The notes under the pieces are model-generated. The model was not told the origin of the DNA. It worked only from the letters and a program-made list of their open reading frames with translations, and searched no databases. A program made the position numbers and the translations under genes. From Candidatus Multivoradales bacterium (lineage in GTDB: Bacteria; Acidobacteriota; Thermoanaerobaculia; Multivoradales; JAHEKO01), in contig CBDCVR010000014.1 in assembly GCA_965223155.1 (NCBI GenBank), positions 1,088,001 to 1,152,000 on the forward strand: a stretch of 64,000 nucleotides of DNA, given 5' to 3'. The first letter of the stretch is position 1; every line of letters begins with the position of its first letter. Below are positions 19,656 to 29,768 of this stretch, in pieces.

Positions 19656-21181
19656 GACGAGCCCCGCAACCCCTCGTGCCGGGCGGTCTCTCGCCAGTGC
19701 TCGCGAGCGCCATCGACGGGCGCCTCTCCAGCCAGGCGTGTACGACGCTCCACGCACTCCAGGACGGCGGCGATGAGCGCGATCTCGTTCCGGTCCTCGC
19801 GGGCAACCGGGGCGAGCTCCCCGGCGGCGAGCTTGCGATCCAGCATGCCGATGTCCAGCCGGCCCGCCCCGAAGTCCGGATCTCGGAGGATCGCCCGGAA
19901 GAGCGGCACGCTGGTGGCCACTCCCTCGATCCGGAGCTCCTCCAGAGCTCCTGCCAGCCGCGCGATCGCCGCCTTCCTCGTCTCCGCCCAGACGATCAGC
20001 TTGCCCAACATCGGGTCGTAGAAAATCGGCACCTGGCAACCCTCGTAGACGCCGCTGTCGTTCCGGATCCCCGGTCCCTCGGGCAGGCGCAGCCGCTCGA
20101 TCCGGCCCGGCGACGGCACGAAGTTGCGGTACGGATCCTCGGCGTAGAGGCGCACCTCGATGGCATGTCCGCGGATTCCCGGGTCGTCAAACTCCGGGCC
20201 CAAAGGCTCGCCGCGCGCCACCGCGATCTGCGCTCGAACCAGATCGATCCCGGTAACCAGCTCGGTTACGGGATGCTCGACCTGGAGCCGGGTATTCATC
20301 TCCAGGAAGTAGAAGTCGCCCGAGTCCTCGAGCAGAAACTCGACGGTCCCGGCGTTGACGTATCCCACCGCCTCGGCCGCGCGCACCGCCGCCTCGCCCA
20401 TGCGCCGCCGCAGCTCGGAATCGACCACCGCCGACGGCGCTTCTTCGAGCACCTTCTGGTGGCGGCGCTGAAGCGAGCACTCGCGCTCACCCAGAGCCAC
20501 CGTCTTGCCGTGCATGTCCGCCATGACCTGGATCTCGACGTGGCGCGGCCGGTCCAAGTACCTCTCGAGGTAGACCGCGTCCTGGCCAAAGCTGGCGCCG
20601 GCCTCCGAGCGCGCCGCCCGGTAGGCGGCAGGCAGAGCCTCGGCATCGTGCACCAACCGCATGCCCTTGCCCCCTCCACCGGCCGAAGCCTTGAGCATGA
20701 CCGGGAACCCGATTCGGCCGGCCGCTTCGAGGGCGGCTTCCACCGTCTCGAGCGCTTCCTCGCCGCCCGGCACGACCGGAACCCCCGCCGCCTGCATCAA
20801 GCGCCGGCTCTCGATCTTCGAGCCCATCGAGGCGATCGCCTCCGGCGGGGGTCCGACAAAAAGGACCCCTGTCTCGCGGCACCGGCCGGCGAACTCGGCG
20901 TTCTCGGACAGGAAGCCATAGCCCGGGTGGATGGCGTCGGCACCGATCTCGCCCGCCAGTTCGACGATCGCGTCCCCGCGCAGGTAGCTCTCGGCCGAAG
21001 GCGCCGGGCCGATGGGATAGGCCTCGTCCGCCACCAAGACCGGCAACGACTCGCGGTCGGCCTCTGAGAATACGACCGCCGAGGTGATGTCCAACTCACG
21101 CGCGGCACGGATCACCCGAACCGCGATCTCGCCGCGGTTGGCGACCAGGATCTTGTCGATCGATCGGGCTTCGGGGCTCAC
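19646..21181 (-). CDS. accC: Biotin carboxylase subunit (AccC/PccA-like)
   Basis: ANRGEIA, HPGYGFLSEN, GGGGKGMR, ERECSLQRRHQK, EMNTRLQVEH. Confidence 0.93.
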   Translation of the reverse strand: MSPEARSIDKILVANRGEIAVRVIRAARELDITSAVVFSEADRESLPVLVADEAYPIGPAPSAESYLRGDAIVELAGEIGADAIHPGYGFLSENAEFAGRCRETGVLFVGPPPEAIASMGSKIESRRLMQAAGVPVVPGGEEALETVEAALEAAGRIGFPVMLKASAGGGGKGMRLVHDAEALPAAYRAARSEAGASFGQDAVYLERYLDRPRHVEIQVMADMHGKTVALGERECSLQRRHQKVLEEAPSAVVDSELRRRMGEAAVRAAEAVGYVNAGTVEFLLEDSGDFYFLEMNTRLQVEHPVTELVTGIDLVRAQIAVARGEPLGPEFDDPGIRGHAIEVRLYAEDPYRNFVPSPGRIERLRLPEGPGIRNDSGVYEGCQVPIFYDPMLGKLIVWAETRKAAIARLAGALEELRIEGVATSVPLFRAILRDPDFGAGRLDIGMLDRKLAAGELAPVAREDRNEIALIAAVLECVERRTRLAGEAPVDGAREHWRETARHEGLRGSSWS

Positions 21182-23589
21182 GGCAGCTTGCCTTCGGGCA
21201 CGGCTCTCGAACGAAAACCGTAGAAGACGAGCACCAGCAAGGTCAACAGCGACAGCCCCGCGGCGGCAACCACCGGCCGGCGATCCACCCAGAGCTCGAT
21301 CTCGTGCTCCCCGTCTTCGAGCAGGATCGCCATCCGGTGCATGTTGGCCGCGACGAGCTCTGCCGGCCGGCCGTTCACGCGGGCCCGATAGATCGGCAGG
21401 TAGGCTCGCTGGAAGACGAAGGCGCCGCGCCCGCGCGAGCGCGCCCGGAAGCGCCAGGACTCAGGCCGGGCTTCCAGAATCTCGGCCTCGCCGCGCTCGC
21501 CGCTGCCGGGCTCGCCGGCGCCGGCCAGCACCACCTCCTCGACCGGCCTGAAGGAAGGGTCGGTCACCAAGGCCACCGCCTGATTCAGATTCTCCGAAAA
21601 GAGCAGCCGGCCGACCACGTAGGCCTCAGGCGCCGGGTCCAGGATCTTGTAGAGATAGAGCGACCCGCCCGAGGCTTCCACTTCTCCCGCCAACTGGAGT
21701 CGGTCAGAGATCTCGAACGGTCGTTTCGCGAACAGCCAACCGACACCTGAGGCCGCCAACAGCCTGATCTTCTCGGGCTCGGGCAGGACCTTCATGGCTT
21801 CGGCTGTGACCCGGGTCAGAAACCCGTCAAGGCCTTCCGGAGTGAGCGCGAACTCGTACTTCAAGCCGGCCATGATGCCGGCGTAGGCGTGGAAGTCCTT
21901 GTGTACCTTGCGCTGAAGCCAGTGCGGCGACAGATCCGGAAAGTCGCCGAGCGAAAGCGGCTCGCTACCGAAGAGCCAGCCGGAGCTGGCGTGCACTACC
22001 GTTGAACCAGGCGGGACGATCGCGATAACCGGCGAGGAGGCCGGGTAGTTGGCCACGGCATCGCTGGCGATGAGCGGCTGGAGCAGAGTCAACTGGAAGA
22101 CGAGGTGAAGCACGAGCAATAGCGCGGCGACCTTCGGAAACACCGCGTCCCGCACGAAGGTCGCCGTCAGCGCCAGAAGGCTGAATGCGGCCAGCCTGCC
22201 GGCCAGCCGAATCCAGCGCGCGGCTTCCGCTTCGGCCAGTCCGCTGCCTGCCGCCGCTTCGGGCATCACCGAGGCGATGGCGCCCGCCAGCGACGGTGCC
22301 TTCCAGGCAAAGCCCAGCCAGGCGATGGAATATAGGACAGCAAAGCCGCCCAGGGCCCAGCGCAAGTCGCGGCGGCCACCGGATGCGAGCGCACGCTCGA
22401 AGCCAAGGCCCACCAGGATCGACGCGGGCACGGCCACCAGCGGCCAGAACTTGACCGGCAGACGGAGCACCGAAAAGCCCGGGAGCTCGAGGATGGCGAC
22501 CATGACCGGGTTGTAGCGCCCGAGCGCCGCGAACAGCCCGAGGCCGGCCACCGCCAGCGCCCAGCGCGCCTGCCGGCTCCGGCTCCGCGCGCCCACCCAG
22601 ACCAGTGCCAGCGCCAGCACGCCCGGAAATAGCGAGTAGAACAGTGGCTGAGCGGCGGCGTGGAAACTCCCGCCCCAGAAGGTCATCCCGGGACCGCCGA
22701 AAGCCAGGGGAATCAGCCATTCGAGCGCGGCCGCCGGGTGCCAGCTGGTCGCGGTCGCCGCTTCGGACGAAAAGCCCCAGTGGCCCCGGAAGGAAAGGCC
22801 CAGGATCCGCCAGAATTCCACGAGTTGCGGAGCGGCGAGAAGGGTCCCGGCCCCGATCGACGCCGCCACGGCGGCGAGGCCCCCCAGCCCTCCCCGCCTT
22901 CCCACCCCCGAACGGCCCGGCCACTCGAGCACTAGTACCGTCAGCGCCAACCCCACTCCCAGGGCCGCCGTCATGGGATCTCCGGCGAGAAGGACGAGAG
23001 CCCACAAGAGGGCCGCAACGGGCAGGCTCCACCTGCGTCCGTGCTCGGCCGCCACCCGTGAGACTCCGGCGGCCAGCGCCGGCAGGAGCGCGGTCGCGGC
23101 CACCAGGTTGTAGAGATTGAGCTGCGACAGAAAATAGCCGCTCCCCACCCAGGCCACCGCCGCCGCCCAGGCACCCGGCCGTCCCAGCCCGAGGCGCCGA
23201 CCCAGCCAGAACATCGCCGCCGGAGCCAGGAGCGCGTGCAACCAGAAGTGGGCGTTGAACGCCCAGAAGAAGGGCGCGAGCAGATAGAGCAGGTTGTCCG
23301 GGTAGAGCGCGACCGTGTTGGGGTTGCCCAGGTGCGGCTGGCCGCCTGAGCGCATGGCGTCCAGAAGCGGCAGGATGCCCTCCCGCATTGCCTGCGTCTG
23401 CCACCACTTCATCTCCAGATGCGTGTTGAAGACGTCGCGCAAGAAAAGCGTATGGCTACCGCTGATGAGGGGCAGGAAGAACAGGACCAGAAGGACCAGC
23501 GTGGGCGCCACGTACCAGCGTCCGAAGCCCGGCGCGCCGGCACCCGCGGCTTCCGGCGAGTCCGTGGGCAATGGAGCGTTATTCGGCAC
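21178..23589 (-). CDS. YfhO-family multi-TM protein (GT-C fold glycosyltransferase-like)
   Basis: RD near TM1, GILPL...GQPHLGNP...LYP motif, >10 TMs, C-terminal YLP.YRARVNG...G.HEIEL. Confidence 0.75.
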   Translation of the reverse strand: MPNNAPLPTDSPEAAGAGAPGFGRWYVAPTLVLLVLFFLPLISGSHTLFLRDVFNTHLEMKWWQTQAMREGILPLLDAMRSGGQPHLGNPNTVALYPDNLLYLLAPFFWAFNAHFWLHALLAPAAMFWLGRRLGLGRPGAWAAAVAWVGSGYFLSQLNLYNLVAATALLPALAAGVSRVAAEHGRRWSLPVAALLWALVLLAGDPMTAALGVGLALTVLVLEWPGRSGVGRRGGLGGLAAVAASIGAGTLLAAPQLVEFWRILGLSFRGHWGFSSEAATATSWHPAAALEWLIPLAFGGPGMTFWGGSFHAAAQPLFYSLFPGVLALALVWVGARSRSRQARWALAVAGLGLFAALGRYNPVMVAILELPGFSVLRLPVKFWPLVAVPASILVGLGFERALASGGRRDLRWALGGFAVLYSIAWLGFAWKAPSLAGAIASVMPEAAAGSGLAEAEAARWIRLAGRLAAFSLLALTATFVRDAVFPKVAALLLVLHLVFQLTLLQPLIASDAVANYPASSPVIAIVPPGSTVVHASSGWLFGSEPLSLGDFPDLSPHWLQRKVHKDFHAYAGIMAGLKYEFALTPEGLDGFLTRVTAEAMKVLPEPEKIRLLAASGVGWLFAKRPFEISDRLQLAGEVEASGGSLYLYKILDPAPEAYVVGRLLFSENLNQAVALVTDPSFRPVEEVVLAGAGEPGSGERGEAEILEARPESWRFRARSRGRGAFVFQRAYLPIYRARVNGRPAELVAANMHRMAILLEDGEHEIELWVDRRPVVAAAGLSLLTLLVLVFYGFRSRAVPEGKLP

Positions 23590-23698
23590 CGGCTCCCGGA
23601 GCCCAGTCCACGCCGAGCGGACAGGCCAGGTCGATCGGACATCGATCGGATGCTGCGGTTCGGCTAGACATCGGCTCGTACCACCCTAGAATAGCCGG

Positions 23699-24571
23699 AT
23701 GCTGCATCCGCTCGTCCGGCTAGCGCGCCCGTCGCACTGGCCCAAGAACGTCTTCGTCCTGGCTCCGCTGGTCTTCGCCCAGCGGCTGCACGACCCGGAT
23801 GCGCTGGGTCGGGCGGCCGTCGCCTTCGTCGCCTTCTGCGCCGCTTCGAGCCTTGTATACATCGTCAATGACTACCGAGATCGCGAGCTGGATCGCCGCC
23901 ATCCGATCAAGAAGCTGCGCCCGCTCGCCGCCGGCACGGTGACGCCGGCCGCGGCGCTGACTCTAGCCGGTTTCCTCCTGGCCGGGGTGAGTATGGCGGC
24001 CCTCTGGCTGGGCTGGCGCTTTGGAGTCATTCTCTTCACCTACCTGGGCATCAACCTGGTCTATAGCTTCGGACTCAAGCACGCGGTCATCCTGGACGTC
24101 ATGAGCGTGAGCCTCGGCTTCGTGCTGCGCGTGCTGGCCGGTGGCGCCGCGATCCACGTCGAGGTTTCCGCCTGGCTGCTCCTGTGTACGATCTTCTTGG
24201 CCCTCTTCCTGGCCTTCTCAAAGCGCCGGCACGAACTGACCCTCCTGGCCGGGGACGCCGGCGAGCAGCGCCGGGTGCTATCGCACTACAGCCCCGAGTT
24301 CCTGGACCAGATGATCAACGTGGTCACCGCTTCCTCGGTCGTCTCCTACGCCCTGTATTCAGTGGCTCCGGACACGATCGCGCGTTTCGGCACCCGTTCG
24401 CTCCTGTACACGATCCCCTTCGTCTTGTTCGGGATCTTCCGCTATCTGTACCTCGTTTATCAGGCGCCAGCCGAGATCAACCCGACCGAAGCCGTCGTCA
24501 GAGACCTACCCTCGCTCGTCAACATCCTGCTCTGGGGAGCAGCGGTCGTCGCGATCGTCTACTGGCTCTAG
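23699..24571 (+). CDS. UbiA-family decaprenyl-phosphate phosphoribosyltransferase (DPPR synthase-like)
   Basis: RPSHWPKNVFV, YIVNDYRDRELDRRHPIKK.RPLAAG, KRRHEL. Confidence 0.9.
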   Translation: MLHPLVRLARPSHWPKNVFVLAPLVFAQRLHDPDALGRAAVAFVAFCAASSLVYIVNDYRDRELDRRHPIKKLRPLAAGTVTPAAALTLAGFLLAGVSMAALWLGWRFGVILFTYLGINLVYSFGLKHAVILDVMSVSLGFVLRVLAGGAAIHVEVSAWLLLCTIFLALFLAFSKRRHELTLLAGDAGEQRRVLSHYSPEFLDQMINVVTASSVVSYALYSVAPDTIARFGTRSLLYTIPFVLFGIFRYLYLVYQAPAEINPTEAVVRDLPSLVNILLWGAAVVAIVYWL

Positions 24572-24599
24572 GTCAGTCTCTCGCCGGTCGGTGAGACGG

Positions 24600-25706
24600 T
24601 CAGGTCGAGGCCGCAAAGAAGTCCCGGATCGCGCCGACCACGAAGTCGGCATCGACGTCGGACATCTCCGGGTACATCGGTAGGCAGAGAGCGTTGCGCG
24701 CCGCCCGCCTGGCGACCCGAAACGCACCGTCACCCTCCGCCGGCTCCTCTCGAAAGCACGGCTGATCCGGCAGGGCAGCCGGATAGTGAATGGCGGTGCC
24801 AATACCGCGGGCGGCCAGGTGAGCCTGGAGCTCGTCCCGCCCTTCGACCAGGATCGCGAACTGGTGGAACACGCTGCCGCGGTCCTCGAGCAGACCGATC
24901 CCGGCGACCTCCTCGAGGGCCGATCGGTAGCGGCCGGCGAGCTCCCGACGGCGCTCGTTCTTACCCTCCAGAAGCGGCAGCCGGCAGGCGAGCACTGCCG
25001 CCTGGAAGGCATCCAGCCGGCTATTGGTGCCGATCTCGTGATGATCGTACCGGCGCGGCGCGCCGTGGTTGGCCAGGAGACGCGCCCGTTCGACCAACTC
25101 GGCCCGGTGCCCGGTGATCGCGCCCCCGTCCCCGAAGCAGCCCAGGTTCTTCGATGGGTAGAAGCTCCAGGTGGCCAGGTCCCCGAAGCTCCCGACCGGG
25201 CGCTCGCCCACTCGCGCGCCGTGCGCCTGCGCCGCGTCCTCGATCAACCACAGGCCGCGCTTCCGGCACCAGCCCGCGATGCGCTCGACGGCGCAAGGCA
25301 GACCGTAGAGGTGGACTCCCACGACGCCCACCGTGCGGTCCGTTCGCGCCTCTTCCAGGAGCTCCGGATCCAGATTCAGCGTCTCGGTCTCGACGTCCAC
25401 GAAGACGGGACGGGCACCCACCCAGGCCACGGTCGATGCGGTGGCGGCGAAGGTAAAGGCCGGCACCAGGACCTCGTCGCCCGGCCCGGCCCCGAGCGCT
25501 CGCAGGGCCAGGATCAGGGCGTCGGTGCCATTGCCCACACCCACCGCCCCGAAAGCGCCCAGGAAGCGAGCGAACTCGGCCTCAAAGTCGGCGACCTCGG
25601 CGCCGCCGACGAACTGCTTCGAGTCCAGAAGAGCCGACCAGCGGCGGCGCAGATCGCTTTCGATCTCGGCGATCGCTGCGGTCAGGTCGAAGACCGGTAC
25701 CTTCAC
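24600..25706 (-). CDS. DegT/DnrJ/EryC1/StrS sugar aminotransferase
   Basis: GNGTDAL, EDAAQAHGA, SFYPSKNLG, NSRLD. Confidence 0.93.
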   Translation of the reverse strand: MKVPVFDLTAAIAEIESDLRRRWSALLDSKQFVGGAEVADFEAEFARFLGAFGAVGVGNGTDALILALRALGAGPGDEVLVPAFTFAATASTVAWVGARPVFVDVETETLNLDPELLEEARTDRTVGVVGVHLYGLPCAVERIAGWCRKRGLWLIEDAAQAHGARVGERPVGSFGDLATWSFYPSKNLGCFGDGGAITGHRAELVERARLLANHGAPRRYDHHEIGTNSRLDAFQAAVLACRLPLLEGKNERRRELAGRYRSALEEVAGIGLLEDRGSVFHQFAILVEGRDELQAHLAARGIGTAIHYPAALPDQPCFREEPAEGDGAFRVARRAARNALCLPMYPEMSDVDADFVVGAIRDFFAAST

Positions 25707-27307
25707 GACGCCGGCCCCGCCTCGATCTGGCGCAGCGGGAACCGCGTCCAGGGTGTCGAGTAGACGACGATCACGTTGCCGCCCATGGTGATGTTGTTGG
25801 GAATCGTGATTTCGAACTGCGCAACGAAGCCGGGATTGATGTCAGGCAGATTCGGGAACCAGCCGGGGAAGATCACCAGATAATCGGGCCGGGTCTCCTC
25901 GAGGAACCGGACCACGCCCATCTGCCAGTTCTGGCCCGCCGCCAGCGCCTGCTGGATGTAGCGAGGCACCTCGGGGTCGATGATCCCGGCAAGGTCGAGG
26001 ATCCGGTTGGGCAGGAGGTACTTGAGCGCCCCCACGTCGTTGACGGCGATGACCGCGGCGGGATCCAGCCGCGGAGCCAGCCACTCGGCCATGGCGACGT
26101 CGCTCTGCTCGACGTTGGCGACCTGCTGCAAGTACGAGCCGCCGCCCTTCAAGACCGACGCAAGCGTCGGCCACAGAATGACGACCAGAAGCAGCGCCCG
26201 CAACGGAAGCCGTGCTCCGAAGAGTCTCACCGGAGGACGCAGCAGGCGAGCCGCGCTCTCGAGACCAAGAACTCCCAGAACGATCACGAACGGAAACAAA
26301 GGAAAGAAGTAGCGGCCGAAGTTGCCCACCAGAGCACTGCCCCACGCGCCACCCAGGGTCGAGTAGGCGATGGGCAACGCCAGCACCCAGAGGGCCGGCA
26401 GCAAACCCCGGTCGCGTTTGCCACCCAGCGCGCCGATCAGGCTCAGAACCCCGGCGCCGGCGCAGAGCAGCATCCAGGGCTGCGACGGCATGAAGATGCT
26501 CAGCACCTGGTACAGGTAGCCCAAATCCGGCATCAGGTCACGCACACCGGACGACTTGGCTCCGAAGGTGGTCGGCAAGAGCGATCCGCTGAACTTCAGA
26601 TTCAAGATGGCGACGGGAAGCGACAGGACGGCGGCGGCGGCGGCACCCTTGACCACCGCGCTCCACGAGCCCAGATCGAGCGCTAGGCCATCCGCGTCCC
26701 GGCGCCAGAGCACCAGCCGGTCGAAGACGGCCAGGACCAGGAGAAGCGCTCCTTCCGGACGCGCCAGCACCGCCAGTCCGAGGACCGGCAGCGCCACGGT
26801 CGAGCTCGAATTCGACCGGCGCTCCCGGATGTGCCAGATGACTCCCCAGAGGCCGAGGAGCGTGAAGAGCGGGATCTCCATCCCCGACAGCGCCGACCAG
26901 ATGAGCCAGCTAGTCGCCGCCGTCAAGAGCCCGGCCAGAGCCGCCAGACCACGCCCCAGGCCCAACTCGCGGGCGAGACGCATGGTGGCGTCGAGCATGG
27001 CGACGTGGAGAGTTATGCCCAGGACCTTCACCCAGAAAAAGACCGGACCGGGCAGCCAGAAGAGAAGCGCCAGAACCGCAGTCCATAACGGGGCCGTGGA
27101 GCCGGCGACGGGCTCGCCCGGGTTGTAGGTCAGGCCGTCCCCGAGATGGAGATTCCGGGCGAACTGGAGATGGATCCAGGAGTCGTCCAGCGGAAAGCCG
27201 GGACGACCGAAGACGCCCAACTCGGCAATGAAGAAAACCGATGCGCTCAACAGTCCAAGGATCAGGACGGCAGCGGCGAGGCGATCTCGGAGGGCAAGCG
27301 TCGGCAT
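25703..27307 (-). CDS. Multi-TM GT-C-type glycosyltransferase-like protein
   Basis: FPLDDSWIHLQFARNL...YNPGE...GST.PLW, SGME, ARPEG, DVGA..Y...ILDLAG motifs. Confidence 0.75.
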   Translation of the reverse strand: MPTLALRDRLAAAVLILGLLSASVFFIAELGVFGRPGFPLDDSWIHLQFARNLHLGDGLTYNPGEPVAGSTAPLWTAVLALLFWLPGPVFFWVKVLGITLHVAMLDATMRLARELGLGRGLAALAGLLTAATSWLIWSALSGMEIPLFTLLGLWGVIWHIRERRSNSSSTVALPVLGLAVLARPEGALLLVLAVFDRLVLWRRDADGLALDLGSWSAVVKGAAAAAVLSLPVAILNLKFSGSLLPTTFGAKSSGVRDLMPDLGYLYQVLSIFMPSQPWMLLCAGAGVLSLIGALGGKRDRGLLPALWVLALPIAYSTLGGAWGSALVGNFGRYFFPLFPFVIVLGVLGLESAARLLRPPVRLFGARLPLRALLLVVILWPTLASVLKGGGSYLQQVANVEQSDVAMAEWLAPRLDPAAVIAVNDVGALKYLLPNRILDLAGIIDPEVPRYIQQALAAGQNWQMGVVRFLEETRPDYLVIFPGWFPNLPDINPGFVAQFEITIPNNITMGGNVIVVYSTPWTRFPLRQIEAGPAS

Positions 27308-27405
27308 GGGCGTGGCCGCGAATTCTACCCCGCCAACCTACCGGCTTCCCGACACCACGAAGTTGCGCCGACAGAAACGGGCCGGCTCGATACACTTCAC
27401 CGCCG

Positions 27406-28848
27406 ATGGAGATCTTTCCACGCACCAAGAGAACGAAGGAGCGGCGAGCGCTCTACGGCACGATCGTGGCGGTCCTCGTCCTGCTCGTGGCTCTCACCGC
27501 GATTCTGGGCCGCCGATCCAAGCTGGACAAGGACCAGGAATGGACCGAGATCGACTACGCCTCGTTGCCCGAGGTGGATCTGCTCCGACGCTACGTTCGG
27601 ATCGACACTACCTCCGATCACGGCAGTGAGCTGGCCGGGGCCGAGTTCCTGGCCGGGGAGCTGACCAAGATTGGGCTCGAGCCCACGGTCGAGCGCCTCG
27701 GAGAGTCCAAGGCCAACGTCTGGGCGTTTCTGGAAGGCGAGCGGCCCGAGGCCCTGGTGCTCCACAGCCACATCGACGTGTTTCCGATCCGTAAGCCCGA
27801 GAAATGGGATTTCGATCCCTTCTCGGCCACCATTGACAAGGCCTGGCTCTACGGGCGGGGCGTCTTCGACATGAAGAGCGTCACGATTGTGCAGTTGCTG
27901 GCTCTCAAGCATCTCATCGAACAGGGGCGCAAGCCCCACCGCTCGGTCTTGTTTCTTGCCACCGGTAGCGAAGAGACCGGTAGCGAGCTGGGCACGCGCT
28001 GGATCCTAGACGCCCATCCCGAACTCCGGGATCGCTTTTGGGCTGTCCTGACCGAGGGCGGCATCGTCGAACCGGTGAACCGCCACGAGTTCAAGTTCTG
28101 GGGCATCGAGTTCACCCAGAAGCGCTTCGCGACCATCGAGTTCTGCTCGGATTCTCTCGATGAGCTGGCGGCAGCCCGGGAGGCGTTGGTGCGCCACAGC
28201 CAGGCACGGTTCGCCCCGGTCGTGACCCCCGAGGTCGAGACATTCTTCAACGGCTACGCCGACACCCGCACCAATCCGCACTACCGCGAAGTCCTGCGCA
28301 ACCCACATCGGCTCCGGCATCGGGCCGCGGAGTTCCTGCGCCTGCCGTTCTATCTGCTGACCATGCTGCGCAACGAACTCGTCGTCTTTCATCCGGAAGC
28401 CGACCCGTCCGGCGGCTTCCGGATGGTGGCGAAGCTCCATCTCCTACCCGGGCAGAACCTGGACCAGGCTCTCGCCGAGCTCCTACCCGAATGGGCGACC
28501 CACGGCCTCCACTACCAAGTCTCCCCACCCAAGGGGGCCGTGGCAGGCAGCCCGATCGACACGCCCATCTTCGAGAGTTTGGCGAAGGCTGTTTCGGCTA
28601 CCTATCCCGGCGCCCCGGTCGGGCCCTATTTTCTTTCGCTCAGCTCGACGGACTCCCAGTTCTTTCGCACCGCCGGGGTGCCCGCCTACGGCTTCTCGCC
28701 CTTCCTGATTTTCTCGACGGATACGTTCCGAGTGGATGGCCCGAACGAGCGCATGTCGCTCCCCGGCTACATGTCGGGCTTCGAGATCTACCGCTCGGCG
28801 GTGGAACGGCTGGTGGCTCTGCGCGCGGAATCGGCCTCATCGCCATAG
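27406..28848 (+). CDS. M20-family metallopeptidase/amidohydrolase, N-terminal TM anchor
   Basis: HSHIDV, YGRGVFDMK, SEETG, TEGG; C-terminal ligand motif reads DGPNER. Confidence 0.88.
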   Translation: MEIFPRTKRTKERRALYGTIVAVLVLLVALTAILGRRSKLDKDQEWTEIDYASLPEVDLLRRYVRIDTTSDHGSELAGAEFLAGELTKIGLEPTVERLGESKANVWAFLEGERPEALVLHSHIDVFPIRKPEKWDFDPFSATIDKAWLYGRGVFDMKSVTIVQLLALKHLIEQGRKPHRSVLFLATGSEETGSELGTRWILDAHPELRDRFWAVLTEGGIVEPVNRHEFKFWGIEFTQKRFATIEFCSDSLDELAAAREALVRHSQARFAPVVTPEVETFFNGYADTRTNPHYREVLRNPHRLRHRAAEFLRLPFYLLTMLRNELVVFHPEADPSGGFRMVAKLHLLPGQNLDQALAELLPEWATHGLHYQVSPPKGAVAGSPIDTPIFESLAKAVSATYPGAPVGPYFLSLSSTDSQFFRTAGVPAYGFSPFLIFSTDTFRVDGPNERMSLPGYMSGFEIYRSAVERLVALRAESASSP

Positions 28849-28933
28849 CCGGCACCCGCAGCGTCGGCTTCCGCTTGCCACCTCTCACCAGGGCCACCGG
28901 AGCTCCAGGTCCCGCGAATCCGCGCCGCGTGCC

Positions 28934-28959
28934 GGCAATCGAACTGCCAAAACTTGTCA
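28934..28959. promoter_or_regulatory. Candidate enhancer (bEBP-binding) site upstream of pilin sigma54 promoter
   Basis: GGCA-N7-TGCC palindrome overlapping TGCCA-N5-TGTCA, about 55-80 bp upstream of the -24 element. Confidence 0.35.
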
Positions 28960-29010
28960 CTCGCGGACCGTCGGAGGTGAAACGAGCCCATTGCCAAAGG
29001 CCTTTTCGAG

Positions 29011-29027
29011 TTGGCACGGGCGCTGCT
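29011..29027 (+). promoter_or_regulatory. Sigma54 (-24/-12) promoter of pilin gene
   Basis: TTGGCACGGGCGCTGCT: GG(29013-14)-N10-GC(29025-26). Confidence 0.8.
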
Positions 29028-29093
29028 CTCTCCAAACCCCGACAGAAAATTCCGCGTTCTCGAAACGCACCTCTTCGACAAAGGAGTCACCAC

Positions 29094-29633
29094 ATGGCAA
29101 GATTCATCAACAGGCGGCGGAGCCAGAAGGGTTTTACCCTGATCGAGCTCCTCATCGTCGTCGCGATCATCGGCATCATTGCCGCGATCCTCATCCCCAA
29201 CCTCCTGGACGCGCTCCAGAAGGCTAAGCAGAAGCGCACCGTCGGCGACATCCGGAACGTAGGCACCGCTTGGTTCTCCTGGTACCAGGATCAGCTCGGC
29301 GCCGCCTCGGCCGGTCAGACGTCGTACAACTTCGAAGGCATCGGCAGCACCATCTCCGCCGACAATCTTCTCTCGACGCTCTTCATCACCTCCCAGATGT
29401 TCTACATCCAGAAGATTCCGCCGAAGGACGCCTGGGGTACCGACTTTGAGTACCGCGCTGCGAGCGATCTCTCCAGCTCCACCTACATGGGCGTTCGGAG
29501 TTTGGGTCTCGGCGGTGTGAAGGAAGGCAGCACGTACATCATGGGCCCCTTCATCGCCACCGACTACTCCAAGGACATCGTCTGGGCGGACGGCTTTTTC
29601 GTCCAGTACCCCGCCGGTGTGCAGTCCCAATAG
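29094..29633 (+). CDS. Major type IV pilin/pseudopilin
   Basis: KG|FTLIELLIVVAIIGIIAAILIP; PKDAWG; strong RBS AAGGAG; own promoter and terminator. Confidence 0.92.
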   Translation: MARFINRRRSQKGFTLIELLIVVAIIGIIAAILIPNLLDALQKAKQKRTVGDIRNVGTAWFSWYQDQLGAASAGQTSYNFEGIGSTISADNLLSTLFITSQMFYIQKIPPKDAWGTDFEYRAASDLSSSTYMGVRSLGLGGVKEGSTYIMGPFIATDYSKDIVWADGFFVQYPAGVQSQ

Positions 29634-29664
29634 GGACCCACAACACGACCGTCATCTGACGTCG

Positions 29665-29697
29665 AGGCCGCCCTCTCCGGAGGGCGGCCTTTTTTTC
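29665..29697 (+). terminator. Intrinsic terminator after pilin
   Basis: AGGCCGCCCTC-TCCG-GAGGGCGGCCT followed by T-run. Confidence 0.92.
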
Positions 29698-29768
29698 TTG
29701 CCCCGAACCAAGATCTTGTTCCAAGCTTGCCTTGCGTTCGTCAAAGGCCTGCCAGTAGGGTCCCCGGC